Below, in pieces: positions 36,524-49,996 of a stretch of 64,000 nt of DNA. The notes beneath the pieces were generated by a model. The model saw nothing but the letters and a program-made list of their open reading frames with translations. It did no database searches and had not been told where the DNA came from. Within the stretch, counting starts at the first letter, position 1. Every line of letters begins with the position of its first letter. Made by a program: the position numbers and the translations under genes. The stretch is from Callorhinchus milii (Eukaryota). The stretch lies in assembly GCF_018977255.1 (NCBI RefSeq), contig NW_024704742.1, positions 31,684,001 to 31,748,000 on the forward strand. Direction: 5' to 3'.

Positions 36524-38344
36524 CGGCTTCTACACATGGCATATTGCCAGTGAAGGCTGGGAGCAAGCACCATGGTGGCTGTCTGACCTGCCTGAATCCT
36601 GGTATGGCCGAGGCCACTTTAGCCTTCCTGCATAGCCCTGAGATTAGCAAACTCAGCATGGATTGGGATTTGAACCAGAAATTCCTGGTCCATAAAATGC
36701 AGCTCTATCCACTGTATTTTTGGAGCCTTCCAAAGCCTAGGTATTTACTAGAAATATTTGCCTTCTACGCCATTCACAATCAAAACGCCAGCAAAGACTC
36801 ACTATGTAGACTCATACATGAAGAATAGCCATTTGGGTGACATATCAGAAGAAGTCCAACACTGATGGACCTGAATCACAGAAAGATCAGCCCTTCAGGA
36901 GAGGAGGAAATAACAAGATTGGTGGAGGAAAGGGATATTTATCTTGGAAAATGTGTTCAATTTAGCAAAATCTTTTTAAAAAGAAGCTTGAGCCTTAAAT
37001 TCATCTATTAAACCTTGGACAAGTGATTTCCCTTCACCATTACATGGATTACCATTGGGGCATTCATTCATAGCAATTTGTATACACAGCCAAACTAAAA
37101 TATTAAACTGGAAATAATACTATAAAAGTTATTCTCTTCTGACCTTAAGAACATGAGCTATCAATATCACACAACTGGATTGTATCCAGAGAGTTTTTCT
37201 CAAGAGGAAAGAGGTAATTAGTGAAATAATGATCTGTAGAAGGTTTCTGACCACACAATACGACTCCCTAAGTTGTACACATTGGAACTGCCAACAATTA
37301 CATAGAAATCACAGCTGTGACCAGAGACCAAAATAACCCCAAACCCAGAAAAGGATGAATTTAGTTGACTTGTGGTCTAAATCCTAACGTTCAATCAACA
37401 TCCACATTCCCTGCAATGCTTCTCCACCCAGCCCAACTTTGCCCTGGAGATCTGCTCCAACAGTAGCTATTTATACTTTGGGTGGGAAGAAATCTATCCA
37501 TCCCCATCAAGGCAGACACCAGTCTGGATTCAGCCCAAGGTCTTCAAGTATACCAGTATACATTCTACTTGTTCAGTTGTACACTTAATTAGTAATTACC
37601 TTGGCATTTGATATAATGCTGAAACACTTCTAAGCACATCACAGGTAATTGCTGCAAAGCATTGGAACTATTTGCAGATAAACACTGCTACCGATGTGCA
37701 CACAGTAATGTTAATTAGCACATGGAAAGAGTTAAGGAATTCCCTATATTTGTTCTTTAAAGAGCACCACTGTTGCTAATTGAGGACTTGTTCACACTCC
37801 GAACTACTCCAGGATGCTCGGTAAAGAGAATCCACTAAAATGACTTTATATGACCAGTTTCCTAGTGTAGGCCAGGGACAGTCTTGTAAACCCATTTATA
37901 GCATTTTAACTCAGACCATGAATTCACATCGTGCCACCGTACGGTATAAAGAAATGGCTGCCAAGTTTACCATTACACTTGACTACAATTGCTATGAAGC
38001 CTGATGTTTTGACCTGATAAGGTGTTATAAACAATGCCAAGTTCTTCATGTCTGAACTGAAACGATTCAGCATAGCCAGGGTCCATTTTTAATCACTTGT
38101 ATCTGCATCTGCTTTGCCACACGCAGTATATCCTATTGAAACACGGTGACATCTCAAACCCTTTCACAGGATATATCGCAAAGTGCAGTGACTGTTTTTT
38201 GCAGGTGAATGCAGCAGTCAATCTGCACACAGCAGTGTCCCACAAACAAAGCCATGAAGTGAATTACCAATTTTATTTATCCCTCGCTCTTGTCAAGGTG
38301 AGCAAGGAGTCAATTTACAACTCTAGATCAGTTTTGAAATACCA

Positions 38345-39815
38345 GTTTTGAAAAACCTTCCTTAGATCGCTCAAACCCCAGCCACTGCTGCCCTATTTCT
38401 AACCTGTCCTTCCTCTCAAAAGTCCTAGAACGCGTTGTTGCCAATCAACTTCGCACACACCTCTCCTCCCACTCCCTCTTCAAACCCCTCCAGTCTGGTT
38501 TCCCCCTGCCCACAGTACAGAGACTGCGCTTGTGAAAGTCACAAACGACATCCTCTCTATCTGTGACCAAGGCTCCCTCTGCCTCCTTGTTCTCCTGGAC
38601 CTCTCCACCGCATTCGACACAGTCGATAATGCCATCCTCCTCCACCACCCTTCCTCCGTCATCCACCTCAGTGGGCCGCACTCGCCTGGTTCGAGTCCTA
38701 CCTCACAAACCGCCAGCAGTACATCTGCACAAATGGCTTCTCCTCCCGCTCTCATCCGGTTACCTGCGGGGTACCCCAAGGATCCATCCTTGGCCCCCTC
38801 CTCTTTCTAATCTACATGCTACCCCTTGGGGATGTCATCTACAGACATGGGGTACATTTCCACATGTATGCGGACGACACCCAACTCTTGTTTTTCCACC
38901 TCTCTTTGTGACCCCCAGTCCCCTGATGTTCTGTCAGCCAACCTGTCAGACCTCAGGGGCTGGATGAGCAGAAACTTTCTTCAGCTGAACGTTGACAAGA
39001 CGGAAGCCATACACTTTGCCTCTCGTCAATGTCTAAAATCTCATGGTTCTCACCTCCTCCACCTACCCGACAACTCACTAAAACTCTCCGAACCCATAAA
39101 CAACCTAGGCGTCAGGTTCGACCCCCAATTATCCTTCCTCCCCCACATCCGGTCCCTCACCAGCACCACCTTCTTCCACCTCCGACGCATTGCCCGTCTC
39201 CGCCAATACCTCTCTCCGAAAGCCGCTGAAACCCAGATCGATGCCTTTGTCACCTCTCGGCTGGACTATTCTAACGCCCTCCTCGCCGGTCTCCCCTCCA
39301 CTACCATCCACCAAATCCAGATTATTCAAAACTCTGCCGTCCACATTCTCACCCGCACCAAACTCCACTCCCCGATCACCCCAGTCCTTGCCAGACTGCA
39401 CTGGCTGCCTGTCCCAGAGAGGATCGACTTCAAGATCCTCACCCTTGTCTTCAAATCCCTCCACTCCTCAGCACCCCCCTACCTTCCTGACCTCTCTCCT
39501 TAAAACAATGCCTGTTGCCTTCATTCCTCCAGGTCTAGACTCCTCCTTGTCCCGAGTCCTCCGCTCTACCCTCGGCGGCTGTACCTTCAGCCACTATGCC
39601 CCGAGGCTCTGGAACTCCCTTCCTCACTCCCTTCGTCTCACTCCCTCTCTTCCTATTTTCAGGTCTCTTCTGAAGACCTTTCTTTTCGACTGCGCCTTTG
39701 AATACCTTCCTCCCCCTCCCCCTGGCTCGGCCCCGGAATCCGTTACTGTGAAGCGCTCTGAGACGCCGTCTGGCGTGGAGGGTGCTATATAAATCCAAGT
39801 TGTTGTTGTTATTGT
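38345..39815 (+). mobile_element. 5'-truncated L2-clade LINE (RT domain to 3' tail), frameshifted
   Basis: [99 protein letters not shown]; ends in (gtt)n. Confidence 0.93.
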
Positions 39816-40809
39816 TGAAATGAATTTGAATGTGCTACAACTACTAGTGGTTTTAACTTGGCTGTTGCTGGCCTGCAGTGGTATGACTCGATTTAAGTAA
39901 CCTAACACTCCACATTGGATGATTTTTCTAGATTGGTTGCAATAATTCAAATTCCATTCAGACAAAGTGCCAATTGCCCAAAATACAATGAGGCCAAAAA
40001 GCATGTGAAATCGTTAATTGAATTCCAGACACTTTTACAAAATTAATATTGCAAAATGCACAACCATTAGAGAATTCTACATTTCTTAGGTTGTTTCCCT
40101 CTCTCTGAGACCAATGACATCCCCTGCTCCCCTGAAAGCGGTCAGTCAGCTCCCTCTATTGGGGTACAGCTCCACAGGTACCAGTCACGTTTTGGTATCT
40201 CATCTAAGTAACTGCAGTTTTCGTCTTTTCTGAAGTGAGAACAACAACAAGATTACATTTGTATAGCCCCTTTCACGTCGAGAGGAGTGTCTCCAGGATA
40301 TTTGATGATGAGAATCGGGGCAAAATCACAGCTAAACCTCATCATGTTCCTCATCCAACATCCACCTTTCAACAAGGGTTTATAGGTTGAGAAAGTAATC
40401 AGAAGCTGGAATCCTGGTTGATTTTCCACTCCATCAATCGAAATAGTGATATGAGTCTATGGAGGAGCTCAAACAAGCTGTCAGATGTATTTTGCCTTGT
40501 TGCTCCATCATGTTACGGAAGATGTCACACAAAACATGGATCATTATCTGCCATGAAAATGATGGCACTCACTCACATCGATCCTCTTAACGTCTAAATA
40601 TATGTACTGAATACAGTGAAGTACTTGGAAATACAATTATCATCATTCTTCCACACGTTTCAGTTATTGGTCAGTGCACTGTAGTGACAAAAACCCACAT
40701 GTGGGGATTACAGGACTTTGTGGACACTCTGTACTCTACTGCAGTCCCAGCAGAAATGAGCTAACTCAGCAAAGACAGAGATTCAAAGCCATTCTTTTCT
40801 GTCCTCCCC

Positions 40810-41030
40810 CCCCCGACGTGAAAGGTGCTATTCTCTTCAACCATGCCTTCAGCTCCCCTCTCGATTCTCTACCCCCTCCTTGCTCCCTCCCTTCCCTCAC
40901 CCTGACCATTTCCCCCCTGCTCGGGTCTCGACCCAACTGTCCAGCGCCTTGGGACGTCCTCCCAACGTGAAAGGCGCTCTATAAATGAAATCTTGTTGTT
41001 GTATACAAATGTAATTTTGTTGTTGCTGTT
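40810..41030 (+). mobile_element. Short L2 3'-end copy (similar copies at 46455-46625 minus, 56480-56610 plus, 7850-8030 minus)
   Basis: ccccctgctcgggtc...ccagcgccttgggacgtcctccc..cgtgaaaggcgct...ttgttgttg, matching 21880-21978. Confidence 0.75.
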
Positions 41031-42114
41031 CTGCATGGCTTAGTGTTGCAACGGGAGCGACAAACTGTTTGTTAAGGTTTAATCTCAAATGTTTTACATA
41101 CCAATTGTGCATTTCTTTAATTTACACAGGCCTCAACCTAATCACATAATTCCCCTTCCATCTAGTTATTTATTTATCTACTACTTTTTTTGGCCAATCT
41201 CCATAAGAATAACCCAGCACACTTTAGCCTTTAAAGTCACTGCAAATGTGCTATGATGGCCAAACAAAGATAAGCCGACTATCAGGCAAGGGTGGGGGAG
41301 TTCACATGGGAACCTTTCCACCGCACCCACTAATTGTTTTGATAAACATTCCAAAGGACCATTAAAAGTATTTGATAATCTTATTGAGTATTGAGTTAAC
41401 AATTTAAAGGCAGTAGATTTTATGCTGTTCTGGGGTTAACTGCTCCAGCCACAAACCAGTCAACAATTGATCCAAATACAGTATCAACAGAAATGATCCC
41501 TTTCTGAAAACTAAAGGGATTTCTGATGATAGCTTTATTCTGACCAGTGTGACCTGAGGCTGCACTTCTACTAGTACTAAGCAACCCCTTAACTTGTCCA
41601 AGTAGTCATTCTGGAGACTCTCCATCTAGCTCCATCCTCCCTACCTTTAAGGTCCACTTTAAGAACTACTTTTTTTGAACTGTGGCTTCAGTCACCACCC
41701 TCACCTTGGGCTGTGTGAAGCACTTTTAAGACATCCTCTCACTACATAAATGTAAATTGTTCTTTATGAGTGGTCACATTGAGGATTTGTAGACTGGCTG
41801 AACAGGAGTTCAATCCTTTCCTCACCCAACCATCCACAAGTGCCAACTTTTCAACAGGAGAAACCGGATACAATCAGGATTGGGAAAGTCTGGAAAAATG
41901 TTCTCCTTCTAAAGTCCAGGGACAACAAACCAAATATAGCACTCCCCAAACCGCCAAGATTAGCAAACAGCACAGATTGGAGAATCAAATCATCAGTGTT
42001 CAGTGTTGCTCAAGCCAGTAGCTTTAGCAACGGATTCATCCACTTGAGTCACTTCCTGCCGTCTGTACACCATCACGTCAATGGTATTAACTTACAAATC
42101 ATTTACAATCTACA

Positions 42115-42468
42115 ATAATATTCCTTGCATTTCATATAATGCTTTATCTAATCGTTTAGACATCCTAAAGCGCTTCACAGAATATACAGTATTGTAAAGT
42201 GAATCAACTATGTTGTGGGCACACAAACAGTTGTGGATTGAGTCACCAAATTAATTGTAACCATTTTTTTACAAACTTTTTTATGGCTGGATTATTACCC
42301 GTGGAAAGCAAACTGCCAATCGTCTAACAACTGGTTTCCTACTTACTGCTAGATAACCAGAGACGTGTAGTGTAAGGAAACTTGGCTAAGGTTTTGCCCT
42401 ACCCGAGAATCAAATCCGGGTCCTCATGCTTGCGAGATGAGCCCACTAACCACTACACTATGGGACTC
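42115..42468 (-). mobile_element. tRNA-derived SINE copy (long variant)
   Basis: Reverse head gagtcccatagtgtagtggttagtgggctcatctcgcaagc; same body and tail. Confidence 0.75.
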
Positions 42469-42722
42469 AACAGGTACACCATCACTTAAATGGAAATGGT
42501 ATTAAGTTACAGATCAACTACCATCTAATAGAATGGTGGAACAGACTCAACAGACTGAATCTGTTCCTATGTTTTCAATTGTATAGAAGAACAGAGTCTT
42601 ATCAAATAATTATCATACCCTGGCAAATTTTATGGCTAGTGAAAGTGGTTTCGCAACCAATAAAAAAAAACACCGGTGGAAGGCAGGAGATGGTACAGGT
42701 TCCAGTGCTACTGTCTGGTAAC

Positions 42723-42935
42723 TAGGGTTGTCAACTTTCTAGTTTCTCAAAACTGGACACTAGTACTATGTTATTATGTGCATACTCTATGCGTGCCCGA
42801 TGCATGGAGGACACTGGGAGTTGTAGGCCTGCGGGCAGTAACCGGACATTTGGTGTCGGTCAATGCTTCTGACTGGACACTACACAATGCCCTTAAAACT
42901 GGACTTTACAGTCCAAAACTGAACCATTGGTAACA
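42723..42935. mobile_element. Probable decayed hAT-type MITE
   Basis: Left end tagggttgtcaac, right end ttggtaac, internal repeated (a)ctggacac units. Confidence 0.45.
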
Positions 42936-44494
42936 AAGACTCTAATTTGTGAACTTTGAAAAAGTAATTTCTCCCGGTTCTCTGACCAACAATTCCCCCA
43001 AATAAAATGATTCACTTTATGCCTGTTTGTGTGAAAATTAACTGCTGCATTTGCCTACAAATATACTGTCACCTGCATTTGTACTTACTGAAAAACCTAT
43101 GAAATTCTTTGAATCCTCAATTACATGATAAGGCTCTATATCTAATGCAAGAGTTATTAACTTTCCTTGCCAGCTTTTTTGAACATTGCTTACTTTCAGG
43201 AATCACAGTTCATTGTTTTATGAATCTCAAAAATTGATTTTTGCAAAGAACCCACAATTACTGCACCTAACTAGGTCCGTGAATATCACAAATTAAACCC
43301 CAATAATATCAGTTTTACATTACTGGTTTTGCTGACCATTTTGCTGATGATCACATCTACAACTAATATTCTTGTAATAATAATTGCATTTGATATAGCG
43401 CCTTATCATTTCAGTGAGATGTCTCTAAGCGCTTCACAGAATATCCTGTAAAGTGAGTTGATTGTGTATTTTGTGGGTGAAACACGGCAGCCAAATGCGC
43501 ACAGCAGTATCCCACAAACTGAGATGGACTGAGCGACCAAATTAATTATTTATTAAAGATTTAAAAAAAGAATTTGTTGCCTCAATCTCCTACACAAACA
43601 GATTTTATAAAGCAAGCTACAGAAAACAAAGTGGAAGGAAAATTTACAGTATCAACATTATTACATTTGTCCAAATATTCCAGAGCAGTCAATCACGCGG
43701 CAAACAATTCGGCAATCCATAAATTGGCTGAATCTTAAAACTAGGGGAGAAATCAGTCAGATTAAACAAACAGGTAATCTCAGACGACAGTATCTTCAGA
43801 TCAGACCTTTATTGTACCGAGTCCTATTTCACCAACTTGCAATTGCTTCAAGCCAATTATTTGCTTCCCCATTCCATTGGTCCAACACTATTTAAATCTT
43901 GCCTTTACCTATTCTGCAGGAACTGCTTAATGACTTTCAGCCACCTGTGTGCCCAGTACCAGTTCTGTATTCTTTATCAACGAGCCCTGGGTCTGACAGG
44001 CAAGTCACTTGTATTAAACTACAATAATTTTCCACTTTACACATTCCTAGATTGACGATCTATCCAGTTTGCAACTCTCTCCTCCCACCCCCAGAGTTTA
44101 ACATTTGTGATTTTAAAAAATATACGCATCTCCGACTGTAACCTTTCTTGTGCTTGCATTTGGTAGATGCATTTTAAAAATAAATTATTTTGCTCAGTAG
44201 ATAATTTAAAATAATAGTTAAAAATCAGGGATTGCCCAAAGTCTTGACTGAGGACAAACCCCAAGCCACGAGAACGGTTAAGTATTCACACCCTTCCCCA
44301 ACAGTTTTCATCCCCACTGCCTGCCCTGTCCTAGCAGTTTATCTGCTGGATCAGCAACAAGACATTATGAACTGAGTGACCACAAGGGAAACGCAGCGTG
44401 GATTAAGTTTACACTAAAACGCCCGCTGACACGTCAGCACCCAACAGCCCAAAGTTCAGCAATACTTCGAAGAGACGAAACCCTTGCAATAGCT

Positions 44495-44582
44495 GCTGGC
44501 TGGTTTAACCCCTTGTTGGCTGGTTTAACCCCTTGCTGGCTGGTTTAACCCCTTGCTTCCTCCTGGCTGGGTTAACCCCCTT
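44495..44582. repeat. 20-bp tandem repeat, 3 copies plus 1 diverged
   Basis: Unit gctggctggtttaacccctt read directly. Confidence 0.9.
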
Positions 44583-45067
44583 CCTGCATGGCAATTGACC
44601 AAAAGGCGATGCTGCCTCCCACAAGTGCATGGGCGATTACTGCCACACTGAGTCACCTTCAAACGCTTCAAATCCACTGCTGAGAAGACATTCCTCCCAA
44701 GAGCACAGCAATGAGAGAGAGAGTCTGGGTGTTGAGCCAAAGATGCCCTGAAAGCGTGGAGCAGGTCTCAGAAACAGATCCACACACGTTGGAGAGCTTT
44801 TAAATTAAAAAAAAAACACACACGAGCTGAGAGACTGAGAAACTAAACACAGAACTAAATCAATGCACGTCCAGAGAGAGAGAGAGAGAGAGAGAAAAAA
44901 CTCAACTAATCGCCCTGTGCTGGGGCTGTGGGGCTCAGGGCTTATTTGCCAAGTACTGCAACTGACTGAAGTGCATTTCTCAGGGTAATAAGGGGCAGCA
45001 ATCCCACTGACCTGCATCAGGCTTACCCACTCAACAGGGCACAACGACGAGAGATTTTCCTTTACCA

Positions 45068-45696
45068 GACACAGTTTGTGCGTATGTGTCTCTCACTTTC
45101 AGTGTGTGTGTGTGTGTCTCACAGTTTGTGTGTCTCTCTCACAGTGTGTGTGTGTCTCAGTTTGTGTGTGTCTCAGTTTGTGTGTGTCTCTCTCTCACAG
45201 TTTGTGTGTGTCTCACAGTTTGTGTGTCTCTCTCTCACAGTTTGTGTGTGTCTCTCTCTGTTTGTGTGTGTCTCTCTCTCAGTTTGTGTGCGTGTCTCTC
45301 TGTTTGTGTGTGTCTCAGTTTGTGTCTCTCTCTCACAGTGTGTGTGTCTCACAGTTTGTGTGTCTCTCTCTCAGTTTGTGTGTGTCTCAGTTTGTGTGTG
45401 TCTCACAGTTTGTGTGTGTCTCACAGTGTGTGTGTGTGTGTGTGTCTCACAGTTTGTGTGTGTCAGTTTGTGTGTGTCACAGTTTGTGTGTGTCACAGTT
45501 TGTGTGTGTGTCTCAGTTTGTGTGTGTGTCTCACAGTGTGTGTGTGTGTGTCTCAGTGTGTGTGTGTGTCTCACAGTGTGTGTGTGTGTCTCACAGTGTG
45601 TGTGTGTGTCTCACAGTGTGTGTGTGTGTCACAGTTTGTGTGTCGCTCTCTCACAGTGTGTGTGTGTCTCTGTGTGTGTGTGTGTGTCTCTCTCTC
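45068..45696. repeat. Compound (TG)n/TCTCACAGTT minisatellite
   Basis: Repeating (tg)n-tctc(tc)n-acagttt units. Source of the spurious Cys/Val ORFs. Confidence 0.95.
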
Positions 45697-46115
45697 GGTC
45701 GGGGGCAGTGGTCCTCCTGCACTTTCATTCATACAAGACCTGGGTATAAAAAGCGAGACCTTCAGTATCAACAGCCCAAGCGAAGTCGCACCCAGTCAAG
45801 TCCTGTGTGTGCTCCAGAGCTGAAGTGGTTCAAATAACTCCTTGCAATTTCAAGCCAAGACTGGAGAATTCAGGGGCCAGTCCCTGCAAACCTGCTCCCT
45901 GGTTCCTTCAAGGTGATACTCCTGACGTTCCCTTTCCTTAGGGAACCCCCCACCGTCCTCTTGCCTGGAAAGAAGCCCCCAACGACAGTGGATAGACCTA
46001 CTTTGGAGGATGGGACCCTCCCTCCCTCCCTGGGGAGCTGCTGACACTTTTAAGAAAAAAAAACTTTTGAAAGTCAGAAAAGAGAATGACTAAAAGTCAA
46101 GAGGGAAGTTCTTAC

Positions 46116-46300
46116 CACTGTGTGGACTGCTCTCTGTCTCTCTCACTTACTCACTCCCTGGCTGTGGCTGTGCAATGGTTCAGGGTGTGGGTGTGGGGGG
46201 TTGGTCTCTGTTTATCAGTGAGAAGGAGCAGAGACTGAGTATTCCTGTTTGTCTCCCTCTCTATCTCCACCCTCCCACACAGACTGCGCATGAACCTGAC
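46116..46300 (-). promoter_or_regulatory. Candidate SGMS2 first non-coding exon and promoter region
   Basis: Minus-strand donors gtg|gtaaga (46115) and ga|gtaagt (46150), non-repeat GA/CA-rich sequence, tgcgcatg (NRF1-like partial site) at about 46285. No transcript evidence. Confidence 0.28.
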
Positions 46301-47329
46301 CTCAAGGCGCTTCATTTAAGTTTTCCCTCTTTGCATCGCCCCCCCCACACACACTCTCTACACTATTGCTCTACTCTCTTCGAATTTCGCAGCTTACACA
46401 GCAATCGACCAAGTGCTCACATTTGAGTTTCGATTTTCTCCCCAAATCACCACCACAACAACAAGTCACATTTATAAGAGCGCCTTTCACGTCGGGGGGA
46501 CGTCCCAAGGCGCTGGATCGTCAGGGGTCAGGACCCGAGCATGGGGGAGGGGAGGGGAAGGGTGGGGTAGGGGGTGAGGGAGGGAGGGAGGGAGGGCAGA
46601 GAGGTGGGAGGGCGACCGAAGGCACGTCACCAATTGGGAAGCGGGCACCGGGTTAACTTCGGCTCGGTAACGTGAGAGCTTTGTTCATCTTTGATCACTT
46701 TGACACAAGCTCAGATCTACCTGTGGATATACAAGGTTTGTTCAGCTGATTCAGTCCCACCCACTCACTGAACAAATCTGGAGGTTGGGCAAGAGACTTC
46801 CATGTGATAAACCGATTGCTCACTTTATCTGCTTGTACATTTTTTTTCTCTATGTATATCAAAAAAAAATCAATTTGAAATGAAATGTGATTTAAGGCCA
46901 CATTCTCTTTTTCTTCTCTCTTTCCCTCCTCCATACACACACACGCAAAGAGATGTTGATGCTTTTTATCCATGAGCTTGTGTTAAAGTGATAGAAGCTG
47001 AATAAAGCTCTCAAGTTACTTAGCATTTAGCCTGGTGCCACAAGTGAGTTTTCAAAGGTGAACTTAAGCCCCAGTGGACGTGGTGACGCCTTCACTCATG
47101 TGCTAATGCTACCAGGATACAGGAGTGTAAATCTTAGCCAAAATCAATACCCTTTTAAAAAAATAAATACGTTACAGTAGGAAATTAATAGGAGAAAAAT
47201 GTTGTCAAACAAGTAACCACCAGGTGTATCCCGACACGGTGACATCACAATATTTCACATTATTGTGTAATTCTCAGGATGTGACACAGATAGCAAGTAA
47301 TGAACAAGCCTCACACACAGGAGTTATGA

Positions 47330-47665
47330 GAATAATCCTTACATTTGATACCACACCTTATGCCGGGAGGACACCTCAAAGCACTTCGCTGTAAAGTGTG
47401 ATGCACATGTAACGTGTAGACAAACACGGCAGCCAATTTGCAAACAGCCATGGCGTGAATGACCAATTTTATTTGGGGGATTGTTGGCCACACCAACAGG
47501 AGAAACTCTGTTCTCTTTTCTAATAGTGCCATAGGATCTTTGACATCCAGCCAAACAAGTAGATTGGTCCCTGTGTTATTGTCTTATCCAATGGCACTAT
47601 TGACATGGGTTTTGAACCCAGAACCTTTTGACTCAGAGCTGAGAGTGCTATTAACTGAGCCAAGG
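47330..47665 (-). mobile_element. Deu-domain SINE (SacSINE1-like)
   Basis: Reverse head ttggctcagttaatagcactctcagctctgagtcaaaagg; core and tail as in the other copies. Confidence 0.72.
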
Positions 47666-48119
47666 ACCAACTAATACCCAGTGAATGAATTACATGGTGA
47701 TTTAACTCACAGTTGTTTGGTGAGTGGTTGGTCACTGTGATCAGGGTCCTGGATTCTGGGAGCATCCTGTCTCATTTACTGCATGACAGAATGGAGCTGC
47801 TAGCATGGTTGGGACTAGCTGGCAAATAACACATTTGGTTAAATGATTGTCATTATGTGTCACAGATATGAATTCACTGTAGTGGTCAGTGAGCCGCTTA
47901 CACCAATAAATACTAATCTGATTCTGTGCTGATTTCAATTACTCAATGTATGAGGCGTGTAACACACCCTCTGTGTGACCCAGACTTCATTTCATAATAG
48001 CCGTAAACTGGATGTAAGTGGAAAGTGCAAGTCAGCCTATGCCAGCCTGCCTTGGCTTAGCAAGTTTAGCGAGGTATGTCCATTCATTTAAATGGCCATT
48101 ATTCAGAGGTGACTTTTAC

Positions 48120-49015
48120 AGTGAATGTTGGCAGGAGGGTGTGTGGAAACCCTTGCGAGAGGAAGTAGGTGACCATAGGCACGGTCGAAGAGATATGTTT
48201 AAATAGATTTGAAGACAGAGGGAAGGTGTGAGACAGAGTTCCAGAGGTTATGGGTAAACAATTTGAAAGCTCAGTCACTAATGGGTATGGGTAGGGCAGA
48301 GCAGGGATAGGACTGAGGGTGGGATTTTTAAGGAGGGCTGATGACACAGAGTTAATAATAATAATTCTTACATTTGATATAGCATTTTTCATGTCTGGAG
48401 GATTTCTCAAAGTGCTTTACTGGATTTAGGACAGGTTGCCTATGTCTACCAATAGGGGGCAGTGGAGGGGCACTTGGATCATCAGCAATTGGGTGGGGAG
48501 GGTATCAAGGGAGCAGTTGTTGGGTTTCACGTGGGTTAAAAGGGTGGGGGGAGGGATACAGAAGAAATGTGGGTGAAAGTTTGTAGGTTAGGGGTATTGG
48601 AGAAGGCACGGAGGATGGGGCGGAAGGATGGAGGGAGGGCAAAAAACAGAAGATACAGACAGATGAATTTTATTGATTTTGTTCCTAAGGCAGTTGCATT
48701 TGGTGTCAGAGGTTAGAATGAAGAAGGCTTGGGGAGGGAGGAGGCCATGTGCAGTGGAGAAAAGGAGCTTCGGGTAGTCCTTGACCTCCAGGTTGACCTT
48801 GGAGTAGAAGGAGGTCTTATCTTTGGAGAGGGAGAGGTGGAAATTTCGAAAGTGGTTGAGCCAAATCTGATGATGGACTGCAAGGCTGGTTCTGTGCCAT
48901 CTGAGTGGCTGTTGTACCGGGGGGAGTAGGTGGGGTTTCTATCTATTCATTTAATGCACGAGAACTTTGGTAGAAGTGAGAAAAAAAAGTCAACAGCCTA
49001 ACTCACATCGCTGTG
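48120..49015 (-). mobile_element. Old L2 ORF2 internal fragment, interrupted by a SINE tail at about 48355-48420
   Basis: Minus-strand peptides LAVHHQIWLNH and KDYPKLLFSTA resemble the L2 endonuclease-RT linker. Confidence 0.55.
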
Positions 49016-49623
49016 GAGATATCACCGAGGAGAAAGTTAAATGTAATCATCTTAAGAGTGGCACAACATGCAGGATTAGTAGCAGTGTAGCTGTGTTTTG
49101 CCAAAAAGCCTGATAGATGCCAGATCACTAAATCTGCTAGATCAGGGTCTCCAACCAGTGGATAGCGATTGACTTCTTGGAGCTTCAAGAAGTGGCAAAA
49201 TAGTGGCCTGACAAGTCCATACCAAATCAATTCCTTGTTTCCAATAGCTACTGAGCTGCGATACAGACATAAATGAAGAAAAATTAAATAAAGGAAAAAT
49301 TATTTGGTTGGCAGATGAAAAAGGGTGGCTACCACTGTGCACGAGGGATCAGGAGCAAGAATCTTGGCTGAGTTTTACGCTCCCTGGCTCAGGAACACCA
49401 ACTTAAAGGAACATAGGAACAACAGGAGGCCATTCAGCCCTCGAGCCTATTCCCATATTCTATTGGATCATGGCTGATCTGTTCCTCAACTCTATTCTCT
49501 CCATTTTCTCCCAGTGCCTTGGGACGTCCTCCAGATGTGAAAGGCATTATACCAAATATATTTTTGTGTATATTATATTTATATAATATAATAGTATTAT
49601 ATTCACTTACCTTTGCCCCACAT

Positions 49624-49996
49624 GGAGTCCTGTAGCTCAGTGGTTAGAGCACTCGCCTTGCAAGCAAGAGACCTGGTTTGATTTCCAGCAGGCCAAAATT
49701 CTGGGCAAGCTTCCTAACTACATACACCTTTGTTTACCTAGCAGTAAGTAGGAACCCAGTTGTTAGTTGATTGGCGGATTGTTTTTCCGGGGGTAATAAT
49801 TCCTTAAAAGAAAATAATAAATTGGTCGTTCAATCTACGCCTGTTTGTGAGACACTGCTGTGCGAAATTGGCTGCCACATTTCACCCACAAAATATACAG
49901 TCAATTCACTTTACAGTTTATTCTGTGAAGCGCTTTGAGACGTCCCAAAGACATGATAAGGCACTTTATCAGATGCACAGATTTTATTATTATTAT
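49624..49996 (+). mobile_element. tRNA-derived SINE (long variant) nested in a minus-strand CR1 3' fragment (about 49405-50170)
   Basis: Full head ggagtcctgtagctcagtggttagagcactcgccttgcaagc. The flanks are the reverse complement of the CR1 tail. Confidence 0.83.

Noticed and set aside
44495..44582. CRISPR-like repeat array
   Set aside because: Copies are directly adjacent with no unique spacers, the context is eukaryotic and there are no cas genes.
45076..45837. Long Cys/Val-rich ORFs in three frames
   Set aside because: They are translations of a stop-free TG minisatellite and show no coding signature.
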